This document shows, one piece after another, positions 37,117 through 50,100 of a stretch of 64,000 nucleotides of DNA; positions within the stretch are counted from its first letter, which is position 1; every line of letters starts with the position of its first letter. The notes under the pieces are model-generated. The model was given only the letters and a program-made list of their open reading frames with translations. It was not told the origin of the DNA and made no database searches. The stretch spans positions 17,670,001 to 17,734,000 of the forward strand of contig NC_047062.1 in NCBI RefSeq assembly GCF_902459465.1. The letters are read 5' to 3'. This DNA is from Asterias rubens (taxonomy: Eukaryota). A program made the position numbers and the translations under genes.

Positions 37117-40100
37117 TTACCGTAGATCAGGGTCTTCATTAATACTCTTCTTAATCCTTAACATAATGGTGGTCAGCCATTGGTCCAATCGGGAGATGGA
37201 ATCATAATCTTTCACCTGTGGGCCAATCACAATTAATTATGTCAATGAGAATGACTTTACTAGGACTTTGAAATGGTGTCACTCAAATGATGAAAGTAGT
37301 CTTGAAGTTAGTCACATTTGAAAACCAAACCTATTTGAATTCTGGTGCTATTTGCTCGAAGACGGGCAGTTAGTGAGCTCATGAAAAAGTTGAAGAAGCT
37401 GCTAAGTAGATATGCTCGTTAGGCGCACAAAAATAGTGATCAGCAATTACACAGGTGAAAAACAAGTTATAATTGATTTTCACAATTATTTGATTTCAAT
37501 CAATAGAACCAATACTTACTGCTTCGGTGTAGCTGTCAACGTTTTGGTCTTCAATGGCATCCAATAATTTCTGTCAAGACAAAAATAAACAGACAAGGTT
37601 ATCCGTCAGTCTTTTTTCAATTGAGAATGAATACCTCAATGTGTAATATCTTTAAAATATATACCCCCTTTTTTAAGAGGTTCAAATGTTGACCTCGAGT
37701 CTGATCATGGTCTGAGTATTGAAGTATACTTATCCATAAGACAATGAGATTTAAAATAAAATTATCATTTTGATTCTGGTTTCGTGCAAACAATTCGGAT
37801 GCAGTAAAATATTTCAAAAAAAGTAAATTCAATTCAATTTTTATTTCTTCATTGAAAAATGTGTGTGTACAAGTAGTTATAAATAATGTGTACTGAACAA
37901 AGATATATTAAGAACTACAAGAATAATAATTTTATGAGACACAATGAAATGATACAAGCCCTACGGTCTTGCGGATTCCTCCCCCCCCCCCTCCAATTTT
38001 GAGCCCTGCATTTTATGTGAGTTACTCATTATTTAATTGATGATACTGATACTCACAAGGAGGAGTTTGTGTTCTCTACTGTCGGTGAACGCTGGGAACA
38101 TCTTGTCATATTTCTCCACAGCAAGCTGGGCATTCAGCACATCTACACACATATGACATAAAGCAGCCTGTGTAGAGAGAATAGGGACGTGGGGTTAGTA
38201 TCAGTGAAGATGTCCTCAAGAGATAATTTAGCAAGTTAATACCCAATGTGATTTAACACTCTCTATTCCTAGACCTTTAAGAATAACAATGGTATTCATA
38301 TAGCGCAGAAATAAGCCTAGAACTACAACTATGCTTGAGGTACTTTACAGAATTAATTATGTAAAACAAGAAGACAATCAAAGCATACCTTAAAAAAAAA
38401 ACATAAACAATTCCTGACCCCCTTTAAAAAAAACGTGAAACCTAGTAACTACTGAAAGGATTTCGAAAAGGAAGAATGTACAAACAAATGGTAACAATAA
38501 CAGCAATACACTTCATCATAAAATTAATAATATTCAATAATTCATAACAATGAGAAAGGTAATTAATTAACATGAAACAGGCAAAAGAATAAACACACTA
38601 AAAGACCTTGACTAATTCCTTGACTTAAACTAATCAATAAATTATTCATTCAAATTGGCAAATGACACATGACACAGCTTTTACAAAGAGGGCCAAATTT
38701 CATGAAGCTGGTTAAGCACACAAAGTAGCTAAGCACAACAAAATTATGCTTAGCAGCATAAGGTTACCAGCCAAAATACCATGCAGCATCAATCTGTGAC
38801 TGGTACCTTGTACTGGAACCAACAAATTATTGGCAAACATTTGTGTTGCTATTAAAGGCAACTCTGTGTAAATGGTGTAAATTATCTCTGAAAGAAATAT
38901 TAAACGGGGTATCTGTTATCACACCATCAGAGACTACCAGGCAAAGTGACAAACATCATCAAAGCATGCCAGTAACACAGAGGAAATCCCCTTCTATAAA
39001 GTGTGCACTAGGTTCCTTGCTTGTAACACTGGCTGGCCCATTCAGTGACAAGCACAGGTACCAAAGGGTCTCAGTGAAAGACATCATTAACAATATTAAC
39101 AGCAATAAATATACGTAATAAAAAAAATAATAGTGAGCATTTATAATGCACCATGTCTGTCAGCCTTGACACTGCTGGCACGTGTACAGTACAATCATAT
39201 AATACACAAAGTGATCAATAGTACATGAACATTTCAGGCAATCTTAAAGACTCAAGAGAAACAATAAGATAAATTTTAAACGATCAGCAAGTTGTTTCAG
39301 TAAGTCAGTATAAACATCATTCATAAAAACATATCAATCATACAAACTTATCAAACATAAAAAGAAGGTATAAGGTACAAGGAAAGGGAATCTGTTTATG
39401 GGGAATTGCAATTAAGAATCCACCACAATCACTGAGGCAAAATCTCCCCGACAGTATGAGGGGTTTAGACAAATTGGTTTAAGGCCATGTCACATTGGGA
39501 AATTTTTGAGGTAACCACTTGTGCATATGCAAAAGCTAACAGTTCAGTAACACAAAAAAAGACTCACTATCCCCAGAAAAATAATGAGAACATTGAAATG
39601 TGAATGAATTTACTTATCAGAGATTGCCTGGAACCGGTTGCCAGTAAATTACCTCACGTGACATGGCCTTATGGCTTCAATAAATACAGTGAAAAGCAAA
39701 AGAAGTGATAAATGCAATAAAATCTTAGGAGAGACTTTTCAGAATTTTGAAAAAATACGGTCCAACAAGTCACTTGATTCATAGGTGGGTAAACAATGTA
39801 AACAAACCAAACAGCCACGCCCAGTGCGCGTATTCAAGCATGGCTTCTTCCGCACATATGGCAAAAGCCCTTAGAAACAGCAATGCTTTTCCATGCACAC
39901 TACGCATCGCTTGCTTGGTTTGTTTACACTGAACACCCATTATGACTCCAGTAGCCAATTGCTTCCATGGGAGCTCCGACAAAACACCACGGAACACCAC
40001 GATGAGGCAAAGTGCAACCTCAAGGAACATCAATATTGAACCACTTACCTTGAAGAAGTAGTCTTTAGCACTGTATTTGAGCAGTGGGTTTTCCATTGAG

Positions 40101-43100
40101 GTTTTGGCAACTTCCTCGTAGATTTCTGTGGCTTTTGCGTAGTCTTCCAACTGTGCAGCATACATTGCTACTTTCAGTAAGCACTTGTTAGCAGAGCTGA
40201 AAATATAACAAAATAGAGAGTAAAATTTTAATGTCTGCTTTAATTTCTAACTATCAAGTAATAAACCACAGGGGAAACCGAGTACTGACTGGGTATTTGT
40301 TTTGTTGGACCCAAAGTTGGTATGACACTGCTCTAGAATTGCAAAGGGTTGTGGGTTCGAATCCCACCCGACTAATATGCGTGTGATTTTGTTCACAGAA
40401 ATTGTGAAAGTACTGAGTATACAGTGCTAACACACCTTGGTGTATATGGGTAAAACCAAAATTAATTTAACATGTATTAAATTCAACCCAAAATTATTAA
40501 CGAATCCATCCTGTCCGTTACCCTTGTGGTTTATCAATTGCTTTTTTTAAATAAAAAGACACATCCCCTGAAGGTGATCCCTCTGCTACCCCTTCCAAGG
40601 TTGTGTCGTAAACAAATTGGTGTGATCCCTGGCTACCTAGCCATTACGAGTTGAATGGCTTCTGACTGGCACCCCCAAACAAAGATATCAACAAAATAGG
40701 GAGACAACCAAGATAGGGCTAGATAGATAGCTCAGTTGGTAAAGCTTCTATCTGTGCAACTCCTCCCCTTAAAAGTCAACGGCTTCACTCTTAAAAAAAC
40801 CATCCCCCCCAGATCTGATTCCTACCTGTTTGACTCCTCCCCTTTGTAGTAATCTGCTGCCCTCTCATAGTTCTCAACAGATTTCTCGAGGTCAACCATT
40901 TCGTTCTCGTAGATTTCCGCAATTGAGATGTGATGCTTAGCAGCGATGGTGAATCGTCCCATGTCGATGTAGATTTCAATTGCTCTCAAGAGTACTTTGA
41001 CACCTTCTACAATGAGAAGAAAAAAACTAAAAACTCAAATATCGTCACAACATCATGTAATTTCAGCTTCGTCAAGCACCTCAACTTCTTGACATCTAGT
41101 TTGGTTTTACCCTGACACCATTGTGCATTAAGCACTGTACGTATACTCAGTTCTTTCCCCAAGTTCTGTGAAAATATTCACAGGCAAATCACTCGGGTGG
41201 GATTGGAGCCCACGACCTTTACATTGCTAGAGCAGATGTCTTGCCAATAGACCACCGAGCTATCCCGAAGGCAAGCGGGTCGAAAAGACTGAGCAGCGGG
41301 CAGCGATTTAATGGATGTTCACAGAACTTGGGAAAGTACTGAGTATAACAGTGCTTCATACACATCGATGTAAGGGTAAAAACCAAACTATATTTTTTAT
41401 CCCGATGCAAAAAAATTTAACAGTACCATCTAAAACCTTATTTCTTAGAAGGGAACCGTTTCTCAAAATGTTACACTTTTTCAAAAGCTGCTTCTTAACA
41501 AATAAGTTTTTATGGTCGTTCAAAGCCATTGGACCCTTTCGGTACAGAAAAAAAAAAGTTCACAGATTTACACACAACTTACAGGATTTATAGAAGGTAG
41601 TGGTGAAAGACTTCTCTTGAAATATTATTCCGTGAAATTCTTTACTTTTTGAGAAAACAGTAAAACAATATCAATTCTCGATATCCAGAATTACGGATTT
41701 ATTTTAAACACATGTCATGACATGGCGAAAAGTGCGGATACAAGGGTGGGTTTTCCCGTTATTTTCTCCCGACTCCGATGACCAATTGAGCCTCAATTTC
41801 CACAGGTTTGTTATTTTATATAGAAGTTGTGATACACGCAGTGTGGGCCTTGGACAATACTGTTTACCAAAAGGGTCCAATGGCTTTAAATTGTTGCAGT
41901 AATTAACCAAGGTAAACCATAACCTCCCGTTATTTTAAGGGGGTTCTCGGTGAATACCTTAAGATTAACTCTAAACAAAGAGGCAAGCCTGCATTACTTA
42001 CCCTGTGGGTCAGTCTTCTTAAAGCAGTTTCCAGCATTCACATAGCTAGTGGCTGCCTCATGCCTGGACTCCAGACGAAGTTGAATCTCAGCACAACTAC
42101 AAAATGCTTTACCTGCATCTGCAAGATGGATACATTATAAAAGTAATATCAGTTTGCATACTTTTTGAGGCAGTATATCCGGTTTGTGGTAACACCATGG
42201 GGATTGTGTATTATTATACCATCTACTTTGCAGTATAGATTTTGTTCTTAGGGAACTAGTAGGTCTGGCTTTTTATTCTACTGCAGCAGAGTAGATCTTG
42301 GAATTCGGGGGACTACTTAGTTCTTAAAAAAAGCTGCCTTGCTAATGATCTACTACCTGGGCAGAAGGTAGGAAAAGCGGCCGGGACTACTACTTTTACT
42401 TTCGTTTTCACTGCTGCCGAGTGAGTTCTTAACTGGTCTCAGTGTTTCAACTAGCTTTCTCCAGTCATCACCAGGAGACTGAAGAGTGTGAGACCTGTAA
42501 TGGTGGCCTGGAATTACACTAAGGCCTTGGCCTTCGTTGCCCTGCTTTTGGCCTTGGTGCCCTCTTTCCAAGTAAGTTTTTATGGTGTGATGCCCCTCTT
42601 CAGGTTTAATACTTCCTCAATGGTGTTGACTTTCTTCTAGATTTTAACATCATTATTTACCATTCCATTTCTTGGCCATTTTGAACATGTTTGCTGCTCT
42701 GCTGTACAATTCACAAGCATCTTCCTGCTTCTGAGAACCACTGCAAGAAAAAGTAAAACATAATTATTAAGAAGCATACAGTGTTTATGTTCTGATGACA
42801 TGCTGCTGAAAAATGTAATCTCTAGCTGTGCTATCTGCGATGATCGTAACCCTCCATCCTCCTGGCAGTGGTCGCTGCGACCGTCGGGATAACGGAGTGT
42901 TACGTTCATCATTACTTTAGCTGTGCTGGACTGTGTGGCTACTACAATACAAGCATCCCCAGCCTGGATACTTCTAGAATCATAAATAGTTTTTAGAAGT
43001 ACAACCTGGACATGTCATATCAATGTGGTTAAAACTTAGTAAAACCTACTTCTCGGCTGACTACTAAAATGCGGAGGGAAAATGATGTATACTTCTATAT

Positions 43101-46100
43101 CACTGCCACTTTTCTACTCATATTGAAAGTCAAATGTTGCATTTTGACATAAAATGTGCAACTTGCGAAACCCGACATTCAATTAAATTCTGATACATAA
43201 TTATTTTCATGCCTCCATGAAAAATAAAGGAGAAATCAAAGTAAAAAATTCGTTAAAATTAAATTAGCAGTGCGGTCTGTAGTTTGGCAAATACTTAAAG
43301 GCAGTGGACACTATTGGTACTTACTCAAAACAATTATTGGCATAAAACATTTCTTGGTGACGAGTAATGGGGAGAGGTTGATGGTATAAAACATTGTGAG
43401 AAACGGCTCCCTCTGAAGTGCCATAGTTTTTGAGAAAGAAGTAGTTTTCCACGAATTTGATTTAGAGACCCCAGATTTAGAACTTGAGGTCTCGAAATCA
43501 ACCATCTAAACACACACAACTTCGTGTGACAAAGGTTATTTTTCTTTCATTATTATCTCGCAACTTCTACAACCGATTGAGCTCAAATGTTCACAGATTT
43601 GTTATTTTATGCATATGTTGAAATACACCAAGTGAGAAGACTGGTCTTTGACAATTACCAATAGTGTTCAGTGTCTTTAAAATTCCCTTATCAGTCAGTG
43701 CAAACTTTCAAAATAGAAACACAAGATATGGTCTCTTCTGTATTGAGAGTTTTGTGCAGATACATGGCTATTCCATAGAGCCTTACCCTATGCATATAGA
43801 GCATAACACAAAGCTGAATCTGTTAATCAGACTCTTCCTATGACCAGGATAGGTATGGCTAGACCGCAGAGGCAGACAACACATTTCTTAAAGACACTGG
43901 ACACTGTTGGTAAATGTCAAAGACCAGTATTCTCTCTTGGTGTATCTCAACATCACATAGACCCCTTTACAGATAGGCCGCAAGTGGTGATTATGATGCA
44001 TTTTGGGAGAGTTGCGAGTAAGCTCTACATGTTTTAAGCGTGACCAACATCCCAAAACATCGCATCCTATTCGAGAATCATTGTTTTTTCCTATTTGTAA
44101 AGGGGTCTATAGTGCATTAAATAACAAACCTGTGAAAATTTGAGCTCGATTGGTCGTCCTGGTTGCGAGATAATTATGAAAGAAAAAACACCCTTGTCAC
44201 ACGAAGTTGTGTGCTTTAAGACGGTTGATTTCGAGACCTCAAATTCTAAATCTGAAGTCTCGAAATCAAATTCATGGAAAAGTACTTCTTTCTCGAAAAC
44301 TATGTCACTGTAGAGGGAGCCGTTTCTCACAATGTTTTATACCATCAACCTCTCCCCATTGGTTGGGAAACCAAGTAAGGTTTTATGCTAATAATTATTT
44401 TGAGTAATTACCATTATTCATTAAGTGTCCACTGCCTTTTAAAAGTTAAATTCAATTTAATGCCCCCCTAAAAACTAATAAATATTTATTATAAAATTAT
44501 ATGGACAAAAACAAACATTTTCAATTCCCTTTCACCATTATACAAAATGGACAGGGACATAAGCAGTGATAAGACATCAGTTTTTAAGCACAGTTTGAGT
44601 TTAAAATAAAGGATAAGTTCTGATAACTTTCTGACTATAATTTATAAAGGAAAATTATCGTAGCGTCATACGTTATTGACCCTCATATGTTTTCGGTCCC
44701 CAACTTTGCACCGGTGACAGAAGCTATGCAGTTTACTCACGGTCTTTATTTTCATCAGGCTTAATCATGCTGAGAATAAAGTTTCCTGTCGTTGGCTATG
44801 CTCAAACATTTATAAAATGATTGATTTTTGGTACTAATCACTAGTGCATTATTATGCCAACATTCAAATGAGTCAAAGAAACATCATCCAACCTCGAAAG
44901 TTCAAAACAAAATTACTATCTGCTAGATTGAGTTTCATTCTGCTTTAGTCACTAGATGGATCACATGAGGTGGTTTCTATTTGGGATTCTATGGTGTGCA
45001 AATGTGGGGAAAACATTAAAATATTTTGAGTGAAAATGACAAAAACATTTTTTTATTTTATTTACTGCATACTGTGATAAATTCCGATGCGTAATAAATG
45101 TTAGGTCTACATTGAAGAGAAAATATCATAGATTGGTTTCTTATCTCCTGAAACCAAATATTACTGGTCTGAAATGGGGGAAAACCGATTGTTATGTAGT
45201 GTGTGTGCTTCAAGAGGGGGTGGGGTGTTTTACTTTCATGCCTTATGATATCTCTGGATTCTAATATAGTTGCCAGAATGCCTTGGGACAAAAAGTAAGT
45301 AGTAATAGACCTTATGCATTGACGGCATCCAGCCGCCATCTTTGAGGTCAAACGGTGACGAAACAATCGAAACGCACATAGGTTGGCCAATGAACAACCT
45401 CCCTTTGACCTCAATGCGGGGGCGTCGTACTGAAATGACGTCATGTGCATAAGGTCTATTGAACAATATTTTTTATTTATTTTGCACGTCATACTAGCTT
45501 CTGAATATTCAATAAAATACCAACCAATGAAAGGTGTGAAAACATATGACGTTGCTCCAATGTCGTGCATGCATAATGGCGGACTGTCTCTCACAACGTG
45601 AAACCAAAACTTTAAAACCTTCAACATACACACCATGAAGTGTAAGTGTTATTGTTGAAAAATTGGACAGATGATTTAAAAAAAAAAACATTTAGTTTTT
45701 GATTGTGAACAGTTTTCCTGTTATCCTACTGAACACACATGACACCAGGTTACTAATAGTTAATAATATTACTATGGCACCACCACTTTTTCACTCATTT
45801 TTAATTTACAAAAAAAAAGGGATAGGGCCTATGTGAGGGTGAGGTAAATTAGATACTTGATTATTTCATATCGAATGAAAAAGTGGTGGCGCCACACGGA
45901 AACTTTTCCACAAAAAAAAGTGTGAGGCTGTGTTGATGCTGAGCAGTGTTTTTAAGCCAGCGCCATCATCAACACAACACAGTGGTCAAGTGGGTGTCAC
46001 CATGGAGGAATTTATTCCTCCATGGTGTCACACAGTCAATGGCGTGATGGATACCTGATACAGTGAGTAACATACCCGAAAAGATTTCCGAAAAATCCTG

Positions 46101-46167
46101 TCGCCGATTTTAATTTTCTGTCAGCTTCATCCAGTAAAGCCTTCCCTTTTGCCTCGTTTTCTGCCAT
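37117..46167 (-). CDS. NAPA: Alpha-soluble NSF attachment protein (alpha-SNAP), 292 aa
   Basis: Exons (-) 46167-46076, 42740-42661, 42118-42002, 41006-40826, 40196-40049, 38167-38057, 37570-37520, 37215-37117. All GT-AG, phases consistent, 879 nt. Hallmarks: [67 protein letters not shown]-terminal DLR*. Confidence 0.98.
40310..40470 (+). mobile_element. tRNA-derived SINE, family A
   Basis: GGGTTCGAATCCCACCCG followed by the body shared with 34085-34225 and 41130-41400. Confidence 0.7.
41130..41400. mobile_element. Inverted pair of family A SINEs (- copy about 41130-41275, + fragment about 41305-41400)
   Basis: The body CACAGAACTTGGGAAAGTACTGAGTATA occurs on both strands. Confidence 0.65.
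41519..41889. mobile_element. MITE family 2 (TIR AAAGCCATTGGACCCTTT), TTAA-type ends
   Basis: Terminal inverted repeats; interior shared with 3567-3720 (-) and with the left end of 3182. Confidence 0.8.
43295..43680 (+). mobile_element. MITE family 1, full length
   Basis: TTAAAGGCAGTGGACACTATTGG ... CCAATAGTGTTCAGTGTCTTTAA. Confidence 0.9.
43888..44442 (-). mobile_element. MITE family 1 copy interrupted by a nested about 155-bp TIR element (43957-44110)
   Basis: Host colinear with other copies on both sides; insert ends ATAGACCCCTTTACAGATAGG / CCTATTTGTAAAGGGGTCTAT. Confidence 0.85.
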
Positions 46168-46554
46168 CTTTGTTTTGTAAGGAAGACACAACTTCCCAGA
46201 ATTTTTTTCAAATCTGACAAATTACAGTAGAATCAGTAAAAACAGAACGGTAATTGCATCGTTGTTCAATAAATAGTGCACTCGCCAACATCAGTCAGTG
46301 CCTTCGTGACCTTTGACACATGACGTCATTTATCAGAAAGGGCATGACGGGAAGGTAAACAGCGCGCACGTGACGATTACTTTTACGAATTTCTTTACAC
46401 GCGACACGAAGGTTGGCAATACTGCAGAGCGCGAAATTTGACTGTTTTTACTCGTCCAAGATAAAATAATGATGGAATCTACCAGTTCATTGTGTTAAAC
46501 TGTAGAGACACGGGATCGTCGCTGAAAACAGAGGGAAAGGCGTCCGAAGCGAAG
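46168..46554. promoter_or_regulatory. Bidirectional promoter region NAPA / CatSper1
   Basis: Divergent genes. Perfect CRE TGACGTCA at 46321-46328, CACGTGAC E-box at 46367-46374, extra TGACG half-sites. Putative CatSper1 5'UTR exon donor AAG|GTAAAA at 46555 and NAGNAG acceptor at 47072-47077. Confidence 0.6.
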
Positions 46555-47108
46555 GTAAAAAAACCAATGATGATTCTTTTTCAAATCTGGATCGCGTATC
46601 GAACATTTCTCAGAACCGTTTCAACGTAGTTGTAGGCTGCCTGCATGAGAAATACATGTTCTACTCCTTTTTACCTTTTCCAAAGGTTGTTACAGTGTTA
46701 GATATATCACCTAATGTTTATCTTGACTCGTCTAAACTTTGCATTATTTTAGGCCTATGTAAGCCTATTTTATGGAATAAAAATATTTACTATTTGATGA
46801 ATTGAAAAAGCCAAGTTAAATAAAAGTTCTAAATTAAAACTTTATCAGGAATTTAGAAAATCAGGCTGTAAGTGTAAATAATAATGATTTTTATTAAAAG
46901 TACATTAATGATGTTATATTATACTGTCATTCAACACTCGAGAAAGACCTATCTAGGGGTCAAAACGTCAAACCATTAACTGCTTAATTATTTATTAATT
47001 TATTTGTTTACTTAAACAAAATTAACGGGGAAAGGCACGACAGACGTGCTCTAAACATTAATTTTACTGAACAGCAGGTTGTCAAACGAAAGCTATCCTA
47101 GAGGAAAC

Positions 47109-50100
47109 ATGGATACTCTTCAAGTGCCAGGTACCACTGGAAAGCCGAGCCAAACCCAGGAGGGGTCCTCCGGTGCGATCAGCCCCGATACCCTCTCTTT
47201 CTTTAAGGATAAGGTGAAGAGTCGTCGTGACCAGCTTGCCCGTCATTCGCACCTTCCGCCCCCATCAGCCGCCCAGCTCAAGAAGACGGCCGAAGCAGCT
47301 ACTGCAGCGGCCAATGCATTAGGGTCGGTGCATAACTACAACGATGTAACATCTGACATCTCAGAGGTACCTTTATGGAATTTTAGCCAATGACTCAACA
47401 CCACAAAGGCTGTGGGCACAACAACTTGCGAAGCACAGAAAACTCTCACTTAGCAAAAACAGTTCACCAGCCAAAATATCATACAGTTAGCATTGTTGCA
47501 TGCATCTGGTACTCCACTCATGTCTAATTGTTTACAACGCATACTTTTTCTGCCTAACAACTTTATGGAAATTTGCCCCAACTACCAACTTAAAGTTTGA
47601 TTATGAGGAAGCCTGTATAATAATACATGTATATATATTGTGAATGTTTATCTTGAAGGTCATGGCTCGAGCAAGTTTAATGCAACATGTTTCGTTTTAA
47701 TTGGCAGACATTGTTGTGGGGGTCACTTATGGGGGTCACTTATCATACCACAGAATGCATTGCCATCCCCATCGGTGAAACTTACATCAATAAACAATTT
47801 ATTTTTCCCGAAGTCTCTACAGAGCGCACACGCCTTTGAGGCAGCCGGCCTGAATGACAAGGAGACCCGGGAAAAACTGGCTCTAGAACTCCGGAAGAAA
47901 AAGATCCTGAATACAGCCGGAACATTCCGGCTCCACATGTACGACCTAACAGAGTCCATTGCTTTTAACGGGCTTATCTTGGGGGTGATTCTACTCAATA
48001 CAGGGATCATGTGTGCTCTTACCTACGACACGGTGGCCGTTCGGGCAGGTAATGCTGAAAGAAAGAAGCAAGTTTGAGTTTCTTATTAAAGGAACTGGCT
48101 ACTTTTGGCAATTGCTCATAAAATTGTTAGCAAAAAAACTTACTTGTTAGCGATCATTGGAGAGATAGATGTTGATAGTATAAAACATTGTGAGGAACGG
48201 CTCCCTCTGAAGTAACGTCGTTTTCGAGAAAGAAATTTCTCACTAAAATATTTGAATTTCATTTCGAGACCTCAGAATTTGATTTTAAGGTCTCAAATTT
48301 AAGCATTATGAAAGCGCATAACTTCCCGTGGCAAGGTTTTTTTTCTTCTTCTTCTATAATTATCGCGCAAATTTTCACAGGTTTGTTATTTTGTGAATAA
48401 TGTTGAGATGCACCAAGTGAGACGACTCGTCTATATGACAATTACCAAAGGTGTCCAGTGTCTTGAAATGAATTGAATGACTCATTTTATTTCTTTAAGT
48501 TGTTCTGGTTGTGAAGCCGAGGACTCTCAGAGGGGTCGATGTTTAAATCACTTTACTATTACCTAGACACATGGAGAGAAACACAAGGAAGGGAGTTTAA
48601 GTTGTTAACAGTTGTGATGGGAGGAAAACCCCGAGATTTATTCCAAAGAAAACCCAAGCCATCAGCAGGTAGGGACTGAAAACATAGGGCCCTTGTGGGA
48701 TTCGAGAGGCCTTAGAGGTGGAGAAGGCGTAGCGAGGCAAAATACCACTATACGCCAACCCATTCAAACATTGTATAGGCCTTTGTAAACATTCGTTTGA
48801 ACAATTTTGTTCGTACACTTCTTACACAAAATCCATGAAGTGTAGAGATATGCTTTGCCAAACAACACCGAGTATTTTTTTGGCGATCTATTTCCCTCAG
48901 GATGGCATGCCGTTGTGTTGGACCACGTGTTTCTGGTCATCTATTTCATAGAATGTGTCCTCAAGTTGTACGTGTGGCGATTGGACTATTTCAGAGAGCA
49001 CTGGAATATAATTGGTTAGTATTGTTTGAATCATGAAAAATGTGAAACATGACAAATTAATTGAGCAAGACATTTAGAGATTTCATTGGGTGGTATTAAA
49101 TTAAGCCCCATCGGCCCCATGGTGTAATGGTTAGCACTCGAGACTTTGAATCTCGCGATCCGAGTTCAAATCTCGGTGGGACCTTTGCATTTTGCCAAAT
49201 TAGTTTGTTGCATTCAGCTACTTGTATAATTTTTATCGGCATTTTAAGTAACGAAAATGTTCATTTGAACCTGAAATGATATTAACTCTTAAAAATGTTG
49301 ATAAATAAAATGTTTGTTTTTTTTAAATATAAAAAAATGAGCAAATTATTTTTTGTTTTTCTTGACGTACACGCACGTTCGGGCGTTTAAATTCGCCAAA
49401 GAACTCGCGTTAAGTATCGCCCTTCACTGTTAACTTGGCTGCCCAAGTGGTCAGTTTTCGGATAAGTTTTCGAGGAAAGTCAAAATAAAGCCACAATGTC
49501 ATTATTCTATGGCAGGTCTGAATTTCAAGGGTGTAAAAGAAAGCGGAACAAATCGAATTAAATGCGTAGACTAACGTTATTGTAGGCCCTATATTTTAAT
49601 ATAGGGCCTACAATAACGTTAGTCTACGCATTTAAAACAATTTAAACAATTTAAATTGTTAAAACAATTTAACTTTTTGTTGGATTTTAAGATTTTACAA
49701 TCGTAGTTGTTAACCTCGCCGACTTCAGCATTTCCACTTTGGTTGGTAATGACGTCAACATTCTCAACTTTATTGGCATCTTTAGAGCGATGAGGGCGCT
49801 GAGAGCTCTGCGGGTACTCCGTACAGTTAGGTAAGATTTCTTGAACAACAACAAATCAAACAACTTGTTAACCAAAATAGATGAATTGCACATGACGTCA
49901 TTGACCACCATCTTTGATGTGAAACAAGGGAAAAGTACCCTCTTGGGTAAACGCGCTGCGCTCGACTCTTAGCCAATGATCACAACTCGTCAAATATGGT
50001 GGCCAATGCAGGGGTTCCATTTGCACCTTATTCCTCGTGTTTTTGTTTCCCCCGCCTTTAAGATTTTTAAAGAGTCTACAGGTGATAATGAATACGTGTC

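Noticed and set aside
36262-38010. CAGGGCTC...GAGCCCTG inverted ends bracketing the last NAPA exons (transposon capture)
   Set aside because: A short match with no TSD seen; more likely ends of two unrelated hAT-like MITE fragments.
33573-41275. tRNA-like GGTTCGAATCCC motifs at about 33670, 34190, 40350 and 41195 as tRNA genes
   Set aside because: No cloverleaf; followed by shared SINE bodies, so annotated as SINEs.
45058-45636. 192-aa ORF in NAPA intron 1
   Set aside because: No recognisable motif or splice context; overlaps repeat-like sequence.
46935-46975. Second hammerhead-like motif (GAGAAA-GACC...GGTC-AAAACGTC)
   Set aside because: Both core segments are degenerate; at most an old Penelope remnant.
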